Source of the DNA: a virus
DNA: 64,000 bases
Direction: 5' to 3' (one strand)
Virus record (IMG/VR): IMGVR_UViG_3300025585_000039
Coordinates: 1 to 64,000 of that record
The notes beneath the pieces are model-generated. The model had not been told where the DNA came from. It saw only the letters and a program-made list of their open reading frames with translations, and made no database searches. Below are positions 1 to 8,727 of this stretch, piece by piece; the stretch's first letter is position 1, and each line of letters starts with the position of its first letter. The position numbers were made by a program, and so were the translations under genes.

Positions 1-80
1 AATATCAAACAAAATAAAATAATATCAAACATTATTTGATTTATTTGGGCATTTTGCTCAAAATTTCTTTACGAAGATAC

Positions 81-109
81 TTGACAAACAGAGGTTTTGC
101 AGGTATAAT
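81..109 (+). promoter_or_regulatory. sigma70/SigA consensus promoter
   Basis: TTGACA (81-86), 17 bp, TATAAT (104-109). Confidence 0.8.
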
Positions 110-132
110 GCCCAAACCTTATATATTTTTAT

Positions 133-161
133 TTGACAAATATGGATATTTGGGCTATAAT
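133..161 (+). promoter_or_regulatory. second tandem consensus promoter
   Basis: TTGACA (133-138), 17 bp, TATAAT (156-161). Confidence 0.8.
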
Positions 162-258
162 CCTGCAAATGTGGTTTGGAATTGTTTGGATATTTTGTTT
201 GGATATGAGGATAGGTGGTTTGGCATTACGAGCCGCTACGATATAAATGCTCCATTAC

Positions 259-283
259 CCACTATCCTCCACTTCACTCCACT
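259..283. repeat. CCACT x3 phased at 10 bp
   Basis: CCACT at 259, 269 and 279. Confidence 0.5.
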
Positions 284-320
284 TTAACCCCATCTAAGAA
301 AAATATCAGTAAGATTTTTA

Positions 321-342
321 TGTGGATAACTTGTGGATAACT
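321..342 (-). promoter_or_regulatory. tandem perfect DnaA boxes (TGTGGATAACT x2)
   Basis: TGTGGATAA is the reverse complement of TTATCCACA; at 321-329 and 332-340, with a third identical 11-mer at 583-593. Confidence 0.65.
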
Positions 343-346
343 ATGC

Positions 347-375
347 TTGACAAACCCCTTATCCCAATATATACT
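347..375 (+). promoter_or_regulatory. promoter for leaderless mRNA (ATG 382)
   Basis: TTGACA-17-TATACT-6 nt-ATG. Confidence 0.8.
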
Positions 376-381
376 TAAACC

Positions 382-591
382 ATGCCTATACATATTCCAA
401 TTTATATCAATGACAAACTGATCAAAACCTACCATATTGGACGAATAGCAGGGGATACAAACCCTGATTCCATTAATAAATATCTAGTTGTCCAGGACGA
501 TGAACTATGGAGTATGGGTAGAGAGTTTGAACATAGATATGGGGATGGAGTTGAAACCTGTATTATCAAGGGTATTCGAACCTGTGGATAA
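382..591 (+). CDS. hypothetical protein, paralog of 4654..4869
   Basis: ORF with its own promoter; 45/69 residues identical to 4654..4869 by manual alignment. Confidence 0.85.
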   Translation: MPIHIPIYINDKLIKTYHIGRIAGDTNPDSINKYLVVQDDELWSMGREFEHRYGDGVETCIIKGIRTCG

Positions 592-611
592 CTTTACGAT
601 ATACTGTACAT

Positions 612-734
612 ATGGACAAACCAGAATATGATTCTTTAGGCAAATCTTGGAAAGATGCACCAGATTGGTGTGATGATTGTGTAGCAAATCCAGGAGAGAA
701 ATGTCCTGATTGTGGATATACTCATAACTGCTAA
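612..734 (+). CDS. small CxxC...CxxC zinc-ribbon protein
   Basis: MDKPEYDSLGKSWKDAPDWCDDC...CPDCGYTHNC; TATACT 6 nt upstream. Confidence 0.7.
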   Translation: MDKPEYDSLGKSWKDAPDWCDDCVANPGEKCPDCGYTHNC

Positions 735-745
735 AACCAGCGGTA

Positions 746-1078
746 TCAAACAGCCTTAATCGCTCTATTGACCATACGGATCAAACCTTTGCGTGTTATC
801 TTTGAAGCATCAAATGTCTCAGTGTATCCATTTTGAGGCATATCTGACTTATCAAGGAAACCTTGGTTCCTGTCATGTCCATATCTTTCTCTTAGTGTTT
901 TTAGTACTAGGGATTCTACGGTTCTTGCTCGATCCCGTTCGAAAAAATGCCAATAGGCAACAAGGAGCCATCCCTTGGTCCTATGTTGAGCAAACCTTTT
1001 ACCTGAGATATCACTCATCCCTATTTTGATAGCCCTATGCATTGGACTATACAAAATATACAAAATAGCCTCGTTCAT
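746..1078 (-). CDS. GIY-YIG/T5orf172-like nuclease domain protein
   Basis: LYIL...IKIG...R...GYTETF pattern; leaderless TATAAT at 1085-1090. Confidence 0.65.
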   Translation of the reverse strand: MNEAILYILYSPMHRAIKIGMSDISGKRFAQHRTKGWLLVAYWHFFERDRARTVESLVLKTLRERYGHDRNQGFLDKSDMPQNGYTETFDASKITRKGLIRMVNRAIKAV

Positions 1079-1105
1079 AATACCATTATATGCTACAATA
1101 AGAAT

Positions 1106-1234
1106 ATGCTCGATGTATTATGTTTTAGTTGTGGTGTAATGTTTAAGGTTGATTATGGGACTGATAACATTACTAAGCAATGTCCAAAATGTCAGGACAA
1201 AATGTTTGAGCAACAAATATCATTTGAAGAATAA
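1106..1234 (+). CDS. small zinc-ribbon protein
   Basis: CFSC...CPKC; TGCTACAAT-6-ATG places the start at 1106. Confidence 0.7.
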   Translation: MLDVLCFSCGVMFKVDYGTDNITKQCPKCQDKMFEQQISFEE

Positions 1235-1248
1235 TATATAATGGCCTT

Positions 1249-1386
1249 GTGGCTCTTGATGATGACCCCTATGATTTATCTATATTGTTGGGATTCAAGA
1301 CTTTTATATGTGAGTGTGGTAAAAAGGCTATTGGAATAGATAATAATTCTTTACCTAAATGTAGGGATTGTTGGAGTCGTAGTTGA
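1249..1386 (+). CDS. small Cys-rich protein (GTG start)
   Basis: CEC...CRDC; TATAAT (1237-1242)-6-GTG. Confidence 0.6.
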   Translation: MALDDDPYDLSILLGFKTFICECGKKAIGIDNNSLPKCRDCWSRS

Positions 1387-1417
1387 CATACCGTGCCAAA
1401 TCTGATAAACTTAACCT

Positions 1418-1987
1418 ATGGTACACCTAACAAAAATCTATACAAAAACAGGCGATGAAGGCCTTACCTCTATTGGTAACAACGAAAGAGTTGCAAAGAT
1501 TAGCCCACTTATTGAGGCTATTGGGTCTGTGGATGAAGCCAACTCAGCAATTGGTCTAGCACGAACATTTGTTAATCCTTATATCTCCGCTCTTCTTGGT
1601 CAGGTTCAAAATGATCTATTTGACTTAGGGGCAGACCTCTCAGTACCGCTTCCTGCTGAGGGATTACGAATCATTGAGAGCCAGATCACATTTCTTGAAG
1701 ATGTAATCGATAAATATAACTCTCAACTAGAGCCTTTACATTCATTTATCCTGCCTGCTGGACCACAAGGAGCAGTATTATTGCATAATGCTAGAGCAAT
1801 TGTCCGTAGGGCAGAACGAGATGTTTGGATGGCGTTTGTGGTTCATATGTCAAATGACGGTGCTGAAGTCAATACCTTAGTACCAAAATACCTCAATCGT
1901 TTATCAGACCTGTTATTTGTGTTTGCTAGATATGCAGCCAATGGTGATGAAACATTATGGGTGCCACGAGAAACTCCTAACCAATAG
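1418..1987 (+). CDS. pduO: ATP:cob(I)alamin adenosyltransferase, PduO type
   Basis: KIYTKTGDEG, GSVDEANS, QNDLFDLGADL, RRAER, YLNRLSDLLF motifs; promoter TTGACA-17-TAAACT-6-ATG. Confidence 0.95.
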   Translation: MVHLTKIYTKTGDEGLTSIGNNERVAKISPLIEAIGSVDEANSAIGLARTFVNPYISALLGQVQNDLFDLGADLSVPLPAEGLRIIESQITFLEDVIDKYNSQLEPLHSFILPAGPQGAVLLHNARAIVRRAERDVWMAFVVHMSNDGAEVNTLVPKYLNRLSDLLFVFARYAANGDETLWVPRETPNQ

Positions 1988-2061
1988 TGCTACGGTAGTA
2001 GCATGGGGTGGTTAACATTTCTATTTACCGCCGAACTTAAAGATACGCTATAATGGTTTAT

Positions 2062-2613
2062 ATGGAAAAGCACATCAAAGAACTATTGTCCGAAGATGAC
2101 ATATTAAATTTGCGTAATCAAGCAAATCAAATTAAAGAAACATCTGCCGTTAAACGCTGGGAAGAGTTTGCTAAAGAGCCAGAACCTGAATTTACAGATA
2201 CCCACAAAATAATTCATAACGTTAGTTTAGGTAAGATCACATTGGAACTTGAAGTGCCAGATCATGTCAAGGATAAGATTATTAGTATTGCCAACGAAGA
2301 AGGGCTTGATGTCAGGTTTATTCGTGCTGGATATACTGAGTATGCCCCAGAATATGGAAGACCACACCTTGTTGAACATGAAGACAAGGCAGATATTTTT
2401 ATGGTTGATTATCAACTTAGTGGAAATACCTCTTGGCCAATAATTGTTAATGGTAATACTTATGAATTAAAAGATAACGAAGCAATAGCATTTTATCCTG
2501 CTAGGGTTAAGCATTCTAGACCAGAAAAAAAGTTTGAACCAGGAACACACATAGCGATGATCTTTTTTGATACAGAAATTTTAGGAAATTTAACAAACAC
2601 ATCAGGAGAGTAG
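2062..2613 (+). CDS. 2OG-Fe(II) oxygenase-like protein (DYQL family)
   Basis: HED...DYQL..N..W...HSR...MIFF, shared with five paralogs in the window. Confidence 0.7.
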   Translation: MEKHIKELLSEDDILNLRNQANQIKETSAVKRWEEFAKEPEPEFTDTHKIIHNVSLGKITLELEVPDHVKDKIISIANEEGLDVRFIRAGYTEYAPEYGRPHLVEHEDKADIFMVDYQLSGNTSWPIIVNGNTYELKDNEAIAFYPARVKHSRPEKKFEPGTHIAMIFFDTEILGNLTNTSGE

Positions 2614-2617
2614 TCTA

Positions 2618-3439
2618 GTGGCATACAAATTCCATTGGATGCATAGAAATAATTGGCCCAATACCAAAAAAGGCTTAAGGGATATGTTCATGTTTTTAGA
2701 AAACAGGAATATAGTATCTGTACTATTGCCATATGGTCCATACGGAACAGATTTTTTATTACATTTATCAGATATATTTGAGCATACCGTCAAAATTAAA
2801 ATAATGATTGCTTTGCCTGCTTATGGTATGTCTCCAGAATATGCCATGAAAACGTTTGTAACTGCACAAAGATGGGGTAAACACAGATTAGATCTTAATC
2901 TTATTAGTGGCAACTATAGAGGCGAAATAGAACAAAAGGTTATTAGAGATTATCCATGGGATGTAGAATTGATTAATAGCCACGAAAAGCGTGTTGCATT
3001 AACAGAAAGATGGATGAAAAAATTTAAAGTGCTTTTGGAAGAACATAAAAAATTGGGCGTAGAAGATGAATTTAGGACTGTGCTATATGTGGTTGGAGCA
3101 TCTGATACCACAATCAGGACAGCAAATGAGTATGCAGACTATATCATAATTAATGATCGCATGCTTACTGAAGAAACAATGTCTAGAATCAAAGCCAAGT
3201 TACTTTTTGTTATAGATCCTTTAATTCTTGATGAAGGGCAAGACCCTGAAAGTATTGAATATCATGATTATGCATTTAGAAAACATGATAAACACCCAAT
3301 TAAAGGTACGCATGAGCAAGTCGTAAAACAATTAAAAGATATTGCAGAAAAATGGGGTATTCAAGAGTTTCTTATCCACACAGACCAAGTAGACCTTACT
3401 AAGATATGGAGACTTGTAGAAGAAATGCAAAAGGCTTGA
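2618..3439 (+). CDS. luciferase-like flavin monooxygenase (LLM) family protein
   Basis: SVLLPY, IKIMIALPAYGMSPEY, RLDLNLISG, GT.EQV..QL pattern typical of LLM barrels. Confidence 0.7.
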   Translation: MAYKFHWMHRNNWPNTKKGLRDMFMFLENRNIVSVLLPYGPYGTDFLLHLSDIFEHTVKIKIMIALPAYGMSPEYAMKTFVTAQRWGKHRLDLNLISGNYRGEIEQKVIRDYPWDVELINSHEKRVALTERWMKKFKVLLEEHKKLGVEDEFRTVLYVVGASDTTIRTANEYADYIIINDRMLTEETMSRIKAKLLFVIDPLILDEGQDPESIEYHDYAFRKHDKHPIKGTHEQVVKQLKDIAEKWGIQEFLIHTDQVDLTKIWRLVEEMQKA

Positions 3440-3471
3440 CATTGTAGATTAGTATGGTATATACTAAAACT

Positions 3472-3630
3472 ATGGAAATATTAGCAATGCCTAGATGGAA
3501 ATCTAAAATATTAAATACCGTTGCCTGGATGCTAGGCATGCGTGGAGAATATGTGTATTGCATCACAATGAATGTCGATCTTAATGATCCAGAGCAAGCA
3601 AAAGAGTTATTAAAAAATGAGCGCAGATAA
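3472..3630 (+). CDS. hypothetical protein
   Basis: MEILAMPRWKSK...; TTGACA-18-TATACT-6-ATG. Confidence 0.7.
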   Translation: MEILAMPRWKSKILNTVAWMLGMRGEYVYCITMNVDLNDPEQAKELLKNERR

Positions 3631-3880
3631 TTTTTATATAGTACGCAAACATCCACTTGGTGGATATGCTGCGGTAATAGGATTTGCTTCTGATACTGAT
3701 GAAAATGATGAACAGATTATGCCAGAGGCTGAAATTACTGATAAAAAATTTGAAAAGTGGCAAGATGCTTGGAATTATGCCCTTGGACAATATGCAGAGT
3801 ATGGGTATGACATTCATCCTGAGTGTTTTGAATCTAAGTCAATATTAAGACGAATTAAATATATGTTAGGAAAGTTATGA
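3617..3880 (+). CDS. hypothetical protein
   Basis: ORF in a tightly coupled operon. Confidence 0.75.
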   Translation: MSADNFYIVRKHPLGGYAAVIGFASDTDENDEQIMPEAEITDKKFEKWQDAWNYALGQYAEYGYDIHPECFESKSILRRIKYMLGKL

Positions 3881-4251
3881 GCGAAGAATATTATTATCCA
3901 TCAGAGTCTTATGACTCTTTAGTTGCATCTGCTGGAACCATTATTAAAGACTGGAATATTGGTGATTGGCAGGGTGATTATGTATACCTGCTCAAAAATG
4001 GTAATAAATTTGGATTTACTGTAGTTGGATATGGATCATGCTCTTATTGCGATGCCCTTGAAGGTTGTGAAAACGATGAACAGGTTGAAGAATTAAAAGA
4101 AGAAATTGTTAAGGGGATTTTCTGGGGAACTGCAGAAGAAGTAGAAGCCTATGCTATTAATGATCATGCTAATCGTTGGTATTATCATGAACATGAATGG
4201 AAAACTATTAAAAGAGAACTAAAAGCAGAATTGAGAAAAGTAAATGGATAA
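3877..4251 (+). CDS. hypothetical protein (GYGSCSYCD motif)
   Basis: ATGA overlap; acidic ORF with CxxC. Confidence 0.8.
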   Translation: MSEEYYYPSESYDSLVASAGTIIKDWNIGDWQGDYVYLLKNGNKFGFTVVGYGSCSYCDALEGCENDEQVEELKEEIVKGIFWGTAEEVEAYAINDHANRWYYHEHEWKTIKRELKAELRKVNG

Positions 4252-4462
4252 AGAACAATTAACTCTACAACTTTTGATGGAATATGCAGGGAACATGGAA
4301 GATGCTTTAATTAGAAAGACATTGCATGATCTTGAAACTGCCCTGCGTGAGCAGGTAGCACAAGAAATTGCTGCTGTTTGGAGAAAAACAGATAATCCAG
4401 AACATTTAACTTATGCAGATGGATTAGCGGATGCAGTTGATATTGCGAGAAATGGTAAATAA
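4244..4462 (+). CDS. hypothetical protein
   Basis: coupled ORF. Confidence 0.7.
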   Translation: MDKEQLTLQLLMEYAGNMEDALIRKTLHDLETALREQVAQEIAAVWRKTDNPEHLTYADGLADAVDIARNGK

Positions 4463-4654
4463 ATGATAAACCATCCACACGAAGATAATTGCCAAATCTG
4501 TTGGCTGATTGAAAATGCAATTAGACCAGTTATCGAACATCAAGTAATAAAAAAGATAGCACAACAAATGCGAGAAGAGTTTCCTCATCCATCTGATGAA
4601 GCAAAGGCTTGGGCATATGCTTATGCAGAGTTGATTGAAAAGGCTCCTAATTAA
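4463..4654 (+). CDS. hypothetical protein
   Basis: coupled ORF with H/CxxC N-terminus. Confidence 0.7.
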   Translation: MINHPHEDNCQICWLIENAIRPVIEHQVIKKIAQQMREEFPHPSDEAKAWAYAYAELIEKAPN

Positions 4655-4869
4655 TGCCAATTCATATTCCAATTTATGTTAATGATAAACTAATTAAAAC
4701 TTATCATATTGGTAGAGTTTCAGGAGACACGGACCCAGAATCAATCAACACTTATTTAATTGTAGAAGATGACTTTCCTTGGGAGACTGGTCAAATGTTT
4801 AATCATAGGTACGGAGATAGCATAGAGACTTGCGTAACCAAGGGTCTTAGTGCTATGATGGATACATGA
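4654..4869 (+). CDS. hypothetical protein, paralog of 382..591
   Basis: [20 protein letters not shown]...HRYGD conserved. Confidence 0.85.
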   Translation: MPIHIPIYVNDKLIKTYHIGRVSGDTDPESINTYLIVEDDFPWETGQMFNHRYGDSIETCVTKGLSAMMDT

Positions 4870-5045
4870 GACTATTTGTTAATGTAGATGACATTACTTG
4901 GCAATGTGGTGACTGTGGAAATGTGTACGATTTAGCAGTTAATCACTGTCCTAATTTTATATTGGACAAAGCATTGTTGGAGCAAGGAATGCTAAATTTA
5001 AATTATGATAACCCTGCAAAAAATAAAAAGGGTAAAAAGAAATGA
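4866..5045 (+). CDS. small zinc-ribbon protein
   Basis: WQCGDCG...HCP; ATGA overlaps on both sides. Confidence 0.65.
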   Translation: MRLFVNVDDITWQCGDCGNVYDLAVNHCPNFILDKALLEQGMLNLNYDNPAKNKKGKKK

Positions 5046-5317
5046 GCAAAAAGAAAATTGAACGACCAAAATATATAATTAAAGTTACTCGTGACTGGAG
5101 ATATGGCAAGAGAGCCAGATTCTGGGAGATTCAGAAGTGGTATCAGATGGGTACAAAGCCAGATGAAGGATATTGGGGTCGTGCCTGTAAGGGTGGCTTA
5201 GCATATACCGAACGTGGGATGTGGAGAGCAATTGACAAAAAGTTAAAGAAGATGTCCTATGGATACCACGAAAACTATTTTGGTTTAGATAAAAAGGAAT
5301 TAGAGGGAAAGTTTTGA
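5042..5317 (+). CDS. basic hypothetical protein
   Basis: coupled ORF. Confidence 0.7.
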   Translation: MSKKKIERPKYIIKVTRDWRYGKRARFWEIQKWYQMGTKPDEGYWGRACKGGLAYTERGMWRAIDKKLKKMSYGYHENYFGLDKKELEGKF

Positions 5318-5721
5318 TGGAATTAGGACAAATGCTTCTTAGCAATACACCTATGCAGTCTTATGAGGCTGATTGGGCTACCGATGGACTTCATATGATT
5401 GCTGAGGTTATTGCTGAATTCCGTGGACAATCATATGGACAATATGGGTATGGAAATTTACTTACCTCCAATTCTGGTGAACCAGAGTATGTCAACGATG
5501 TATTTGAAATGCGTACATATTGCTGGTGTGATGCAGGTTGGGATGAAGACGAAAATAATCCTCATGCTAAAGGCTGTCCTCCAAATTTTGTATATAAAAA
5601 GAATGGTTTAACTATTACATGGTACAAACATGCTAATCGTGGGATAACCGCTAATATGGAATATCCAGGTGCTAAGAATTGGTTTAAGGCTATTACTGCA
5701 TGTATAGAAAGTATAAAATAA
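5317..5721 (+). CDS. hypothetical protein
   Basis: YCWCD...CPPNF...WYKH..RG. Confidence 0.75.
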   Translation: MELGQMLLSNTPMQSYEADWATDGLHMIAEVIAEFRGQSYGQYGYGNLLTSNSGEPEYVNDVFEMRTYCWCDAGWDEDENNPHAKGCPPNFVYKKNGLTITWYKHANRGITANMEYPGAKNWFKAITACIESIK

Positions 5722-5734
5722 TTAAGGAAATTAA

Positions 5735-6118
5735 ATGAGAGATAATATTTTTATTCCAGAACACAAAACCAACGTTCTTCCCTTACGCTGGTTAGCAAAT
5801 TATGTATTCCATCCTATTTCAATGTGGTTTTTTCATATTGGATTAAGGGCAAATGATCAAATTTATGAGTCAAATGAAGGATACACCGTTTGGGACGAAA
5901 TAAAAGAAAAAATTGGATTTAGAACATATAAATTTTTAAATTATCCATACGACTGGTGGGGCACTATATATAAAATGGATCTAAGCGGATTAGATTTAGA
6001 TATGAACGGGGAAGCCTGGGATGATTATGACGACAGGGGTGTTCCTTATTGGGATTATTTGTGGCATGAAGACCCAGAAACTGGCGATGCTTGGAGAATA
6101 ATACTTCCTGAATTATGA
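5735..6118 (+). CDS. hypothetical protein
   Basis: SD AAGGA upstream; Trp/Asp-rich. Confidence 0.75.
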   Translation: MRDNIFIPEHKTNVLPLRWLANYVFHPISMWFFHIGLRANDQIYESNEGYTVWDEIKEKIGFRTYKFLNYPYDWWGTIYKMDLSGLDLDMNGEAWDDYDDRGVPYWDYLWHEDPETGDAWRIILPEL

Positions 6119-6130
6119 TATAATCGTTTT

Positions 6131-6268
6131 ATGATTCCAATAGAAGATAGGCCACCTGAAAAGTGTTATTACTGCGATAATGTAGCAGAATATAATGAAC
6201 TTATTGATGATATTTTGGCTGTTTCTGGTGTTTGCAAAAAGCACTGTAAAAATTATTACGGTGGTTAA
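6131..6268 (+). CDS. small Cys/His zinc-binding protein
   Basis: CYYC...CKKH; TGATATAAT-6-ATG. Confidence 0.7.
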   Translation: MIPIEDRPPEKCYYCDNVAEYNELIDDILAVSGVCKKHCKNYYGG

Positions 6269-6465
6269 TTAGTATCTATATCTGGTCTTGGAATCCAAAT
6301 GTCAGAACCTTCATCACAAACAACACAATATGAGTTATAGGAGTCTTTATATCTATCCCTATATCCCATCAAAATAATTTTACCTTCTTTATTCCATCGT
6401 AGGGTACGATCATCTACCATTCCGTAAACAATAGGAATCAATTGATTTTTGCAAATTGGACACAT
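6265..6465 (-). CDS. small zinc-ribbon protein
   Basis: CPIC...PIVYG...CVVC; TGGTAAAAT-6-ATG. Confidence 0.75.
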   Translation of the reverse strand: MCPICKNQLIPIVYGMVDDRTLRWNKEGKIILMGYRDRYKDSYNSYCVVCDEGSDIWIPRPDIDTN

Positions 6466-6497
6466 ATATATATTTTACCATATGATACACTTGTTAT

Positions 6498-7154
6498 ATG
6501 GATAAGATTTATCTTTTATTTTCTGCTACTCCTCGTTCTGGCAATACTTTTTTGAGTAGATGTTTAAGTACCGCCATTGAGTTAAATCCAAAATCAATAG
6601 ATATGAGAGTTTCATCACACTTACATAGCCCAGCAATTTTGGCTTTTGATCAAACTGATGAAGTGAAGACCTATACACTATTTAGAAATCCAGAAGATAC
6701 TGTGATATCTTCAACAATTCATAAAATTTTTTTTCAGAAGGGTCCAGATTATAGTTTTACTGGAGATATGTCGTCAGTGTATTACAATATTAATAGGGCT
6801 GTAAATGAATATATGGAGTTTTTAGAATTTCAAAACAAGCACAATAAAGCAACTGTAATCATGTTTGATAAATTAAAATCTGATCCAAACTCTGTTATTA
6901 AACAAATATTTGATGATTGTAATGCTGCATATGTAAATGAAATTTCTGCAGACAATATCATGCAGGGAATTCAAAATGAAGATAAAAAATTATATACTTC
7001 TGGAACTGGTGATTTTTCTAAAGCACCTTATCATACTCCACACAATATTGAAAAGAATCCAATATATGATAGATTAAAAAAGGAACTTCCTTATATTACT
7101 ATTTATCAAAATTTAAAATCTTTATATGATGAAATGGTTAAGAAATATGGATAA
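6498..7154 (+). CDS. sulfotransferase-fold protein
   Basis: 5'-PSB-like TPRSGNTFL and 3'-PB-like RNPEDTVIS. Confidence 0.65.
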   Translation: MDKIYLLFSATPRSGNTFLSRCLSTAIELNPKSIDMRVSSHLHSPAILAFDQTDEVKTYTLFRNPEDTVISSTIHKIFFQKGPDYSFTGDMSSVYYNINRAVNEYMEFLEFQNKHNKATVIMFDKLKSDPNSVIKQIFDDCNAAYVNEISADNIMQGIQNEDKKLYTSGTGDFSKAPYHTPHNIEKNPIYDRLKKELPYITIYQNLKSLYDEMVKKYG

Positions 7155-7704
7155 AACATTAGTTTTTACTCCACCAAGAACTGGAAGGAATTTACTGCAT
7201 ATAGGATTTTTATATTGTACCAAAGTATCTTTACAAACTAATAATTCAGAACCAAATTTAAATTTATCACCATACAATTTAGTATTTAGTATTGCTAGAG
7301 ATCCCAAAGATTCTGTTGCATCGCTATCGACAATGATTAAAGAAAAGCCAGATGTTTCACTAATGCAAGATATTCAATCAGCAACCAATCATTATAATAG
7401 TTTTATGGAAACAATTAAAAACAACGATGTAGTTATTTATAAGTATGATGATCTAGTTAATAAAACAAAAATAGTTTTTTACGATGTTGCAAAAAAAATG
7501 AATGTTGATATAGAAAGAGAATATGATAGCAATAACATTTTAGAAAAGGTAATGGAATTTGATAATAATAATCCATTTGGATATAAAAAATCTTTTGTTG
7601 GTTCGCCACGATATTTGGAAGTAATGAAAAATATTGATGAAATAGATTTTACAATGTCTTATAGTTTATACAATGATGCAATTTCACGCTCAGTAAAACT
7701 ATAG
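7147..7704 (+). CDS. sulfotransferase-fold protein
   Basis: PPRTGRNLL, RDPKDSVAS, YDDL motifs. Confidence 0.65.
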   Translation: MDKTLVFTPPRTGRNLLHIGFLYCTKVSLQTNNSEPNLNLSPYNLVFSIARDPKDSVASLSTMIKEKPDVSLMQDIQSATNHYNSFMETIKNNDVVIYKYDDLVNKTKIVFYDVAKKMNVDIEREYDSNNILEKVMEFDNNNPFGYKKSFVGSPRYLEVMKNIDEIDFTMSYSLYNDAISRSVKL

Positions 7705-7739
7705 TTGACATCAACTGGCTTTTAGTGTATACTTATTAT

Positions 7740-7847
7740 ATGAATAATCAAGTAACCTATTTACACCCATTATGGATATTGGCAGGTTTTGTTGTTGGCT
7801 GGATAGTCTGTTATATTCAAATGAAATATGGCAAAGACAATAAATAG
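7740..7847 (+). CDS. small membrane protein
   Basis: one hydrophobic helix; TTGACA-17-TATACT-6-ATG. Confidence 0.65.
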   Translation: MNNQVTYLHPLWILAGFVVGWIVCYIQMKYGKDNK

Positions 7848-7941
7848 ACTTGTCATTTGCCCAATCTGCAAACGTGAGATTGAGGTTCGATCTGACTTTG
7901 CACATTTAACATTAAGTAGACACCTTAAGGAACACAAATGA
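7828..7941 (+). CDS. C2H2-like zinc-finger micro-protein
   Basis: CPIC...LSRHLKEH. Confidence 0.65.
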   Translation: MAKTINRLVICPICKREIEVRSDFAHLTLSRHLKEHK

Positions 7942-8105
7942 AAAAATATTATGTAGATCATCCTGAGAAGGAAGATTATGAAATTGAAATACCTAAACAG
8001 ATAGTAGATAAAATAAATAGAGATCATATGGTAAAAACATTTTATTGGTCTATTGGCATTTTATGTACTATTATTGGATTTTTGTTAGGAGTTTTGGCAA
8101 CATGA
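7938..8105 (+). CDS. small protein with C-terminal TM helix
   Basis: ATGA-coupled; FYWSIGILCTIIGFLLGVLAT. Confidence 0.65.
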   Translation: MKKYYVDHPEKEDYEIEIPKQIVDKINRDHMVKTFYWSIGILCTIIGFLLGVLAT

Positions 8106-8245
8106 AAAAGAATCTTATTATAGTTTTTACAGCATTTGTAGGAATTTTTGTTTCATTATTTATTTATGCTGCTGCCACCTTGACACGATTGCTAGATTCA
8201 GATATACTTGATATATCCGAAGATGACGATGAGGAATACTTCTAA
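8102..8245 (+). CDS. small membrane protein with acidic tail
   Basis: ATGA-coupled; MKKNLIIVF...EDDDEEYF. Confidence 0.65.
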   Translation: MKKNLIIVFTAFVGIFVSLFIYAAATLTRLLDSDILDISEDDDEEYF

Positions 8246-8727
8246 TGCAAACATTTTTACCAGGTTCAGACTACGAATACTCAGCACAAGTATTGGATAA
8301 CAAACGACTTAACAAACAAATTCTTGAGGGCTATCAGATTCTCAAAGTTTTATCTGGTGCTTCACCTTCTGGTGCTTGGCGTAATCATCCAGCAGTTCTT
8401 ATGTGGAAAAATGCTGAACGCTCCCTTATAAATTATATCGATCACATGGTCTATGAGGCTGAATGGCGTGGTATTAAAACCGACAAGAACGTATCTAACC
8501 TTAGAGAACTTCAACGTTCTCATGGGCATTTGTGGGGAGATAATGAGCCTGTATGGGCTAAGCCACAGCATGTACAACGTGTAACTGCAACACATAGGGC
8601 AAACCTTTACAGAAAAGATCCTATTATTTATGCCTCTTTTGCTTCTGCTAAAGATGATGCATTTAATGTACCTTGTTGTGATCGATGCTTGTATTATTGG
8701 GCAACACATAAGGAGCAAAATGTTTAA
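8245..8727 (+). CDS. pyrimidine dimer DNA glycosylase / MSMEG_6728-like protein
   Basis: MQTFLP...LDNKRLNKQILEGYQIL...W.NHPAVLMW...HRANL..KD. Confidence 0.85.
   Translation: MQTFLPGSDYEYSAQVLDNKRLNKQILEGYQILKVLSGASPSGAWRNHPAVLMWKNAERSLINYIDHMVYEAEWRGIKTDKNVSNLRELQRSHGHLWGDNEPVWAKPQHVQRVTATHRANLYRKDPIIYASFASAKDDAFNVPCCDRCLYYWATHKEQNV

Noticed and set aside
36-287. 83-aa ORF in the track
   Set aside because: It runs across promoters and repeats, starts at TTG without an SD, and has no motif; the region looks regulatory.
1988-2040. small hairpins after pduO as a cobalamin riboswitch
   Set aside because: Too short, downstream of the gene, and lacking a B12 box.
3372-3380. isolated DnaA boxes at 3372 and 39838
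   Set aside because: Single copies inside coding sequence, compatible with chance.
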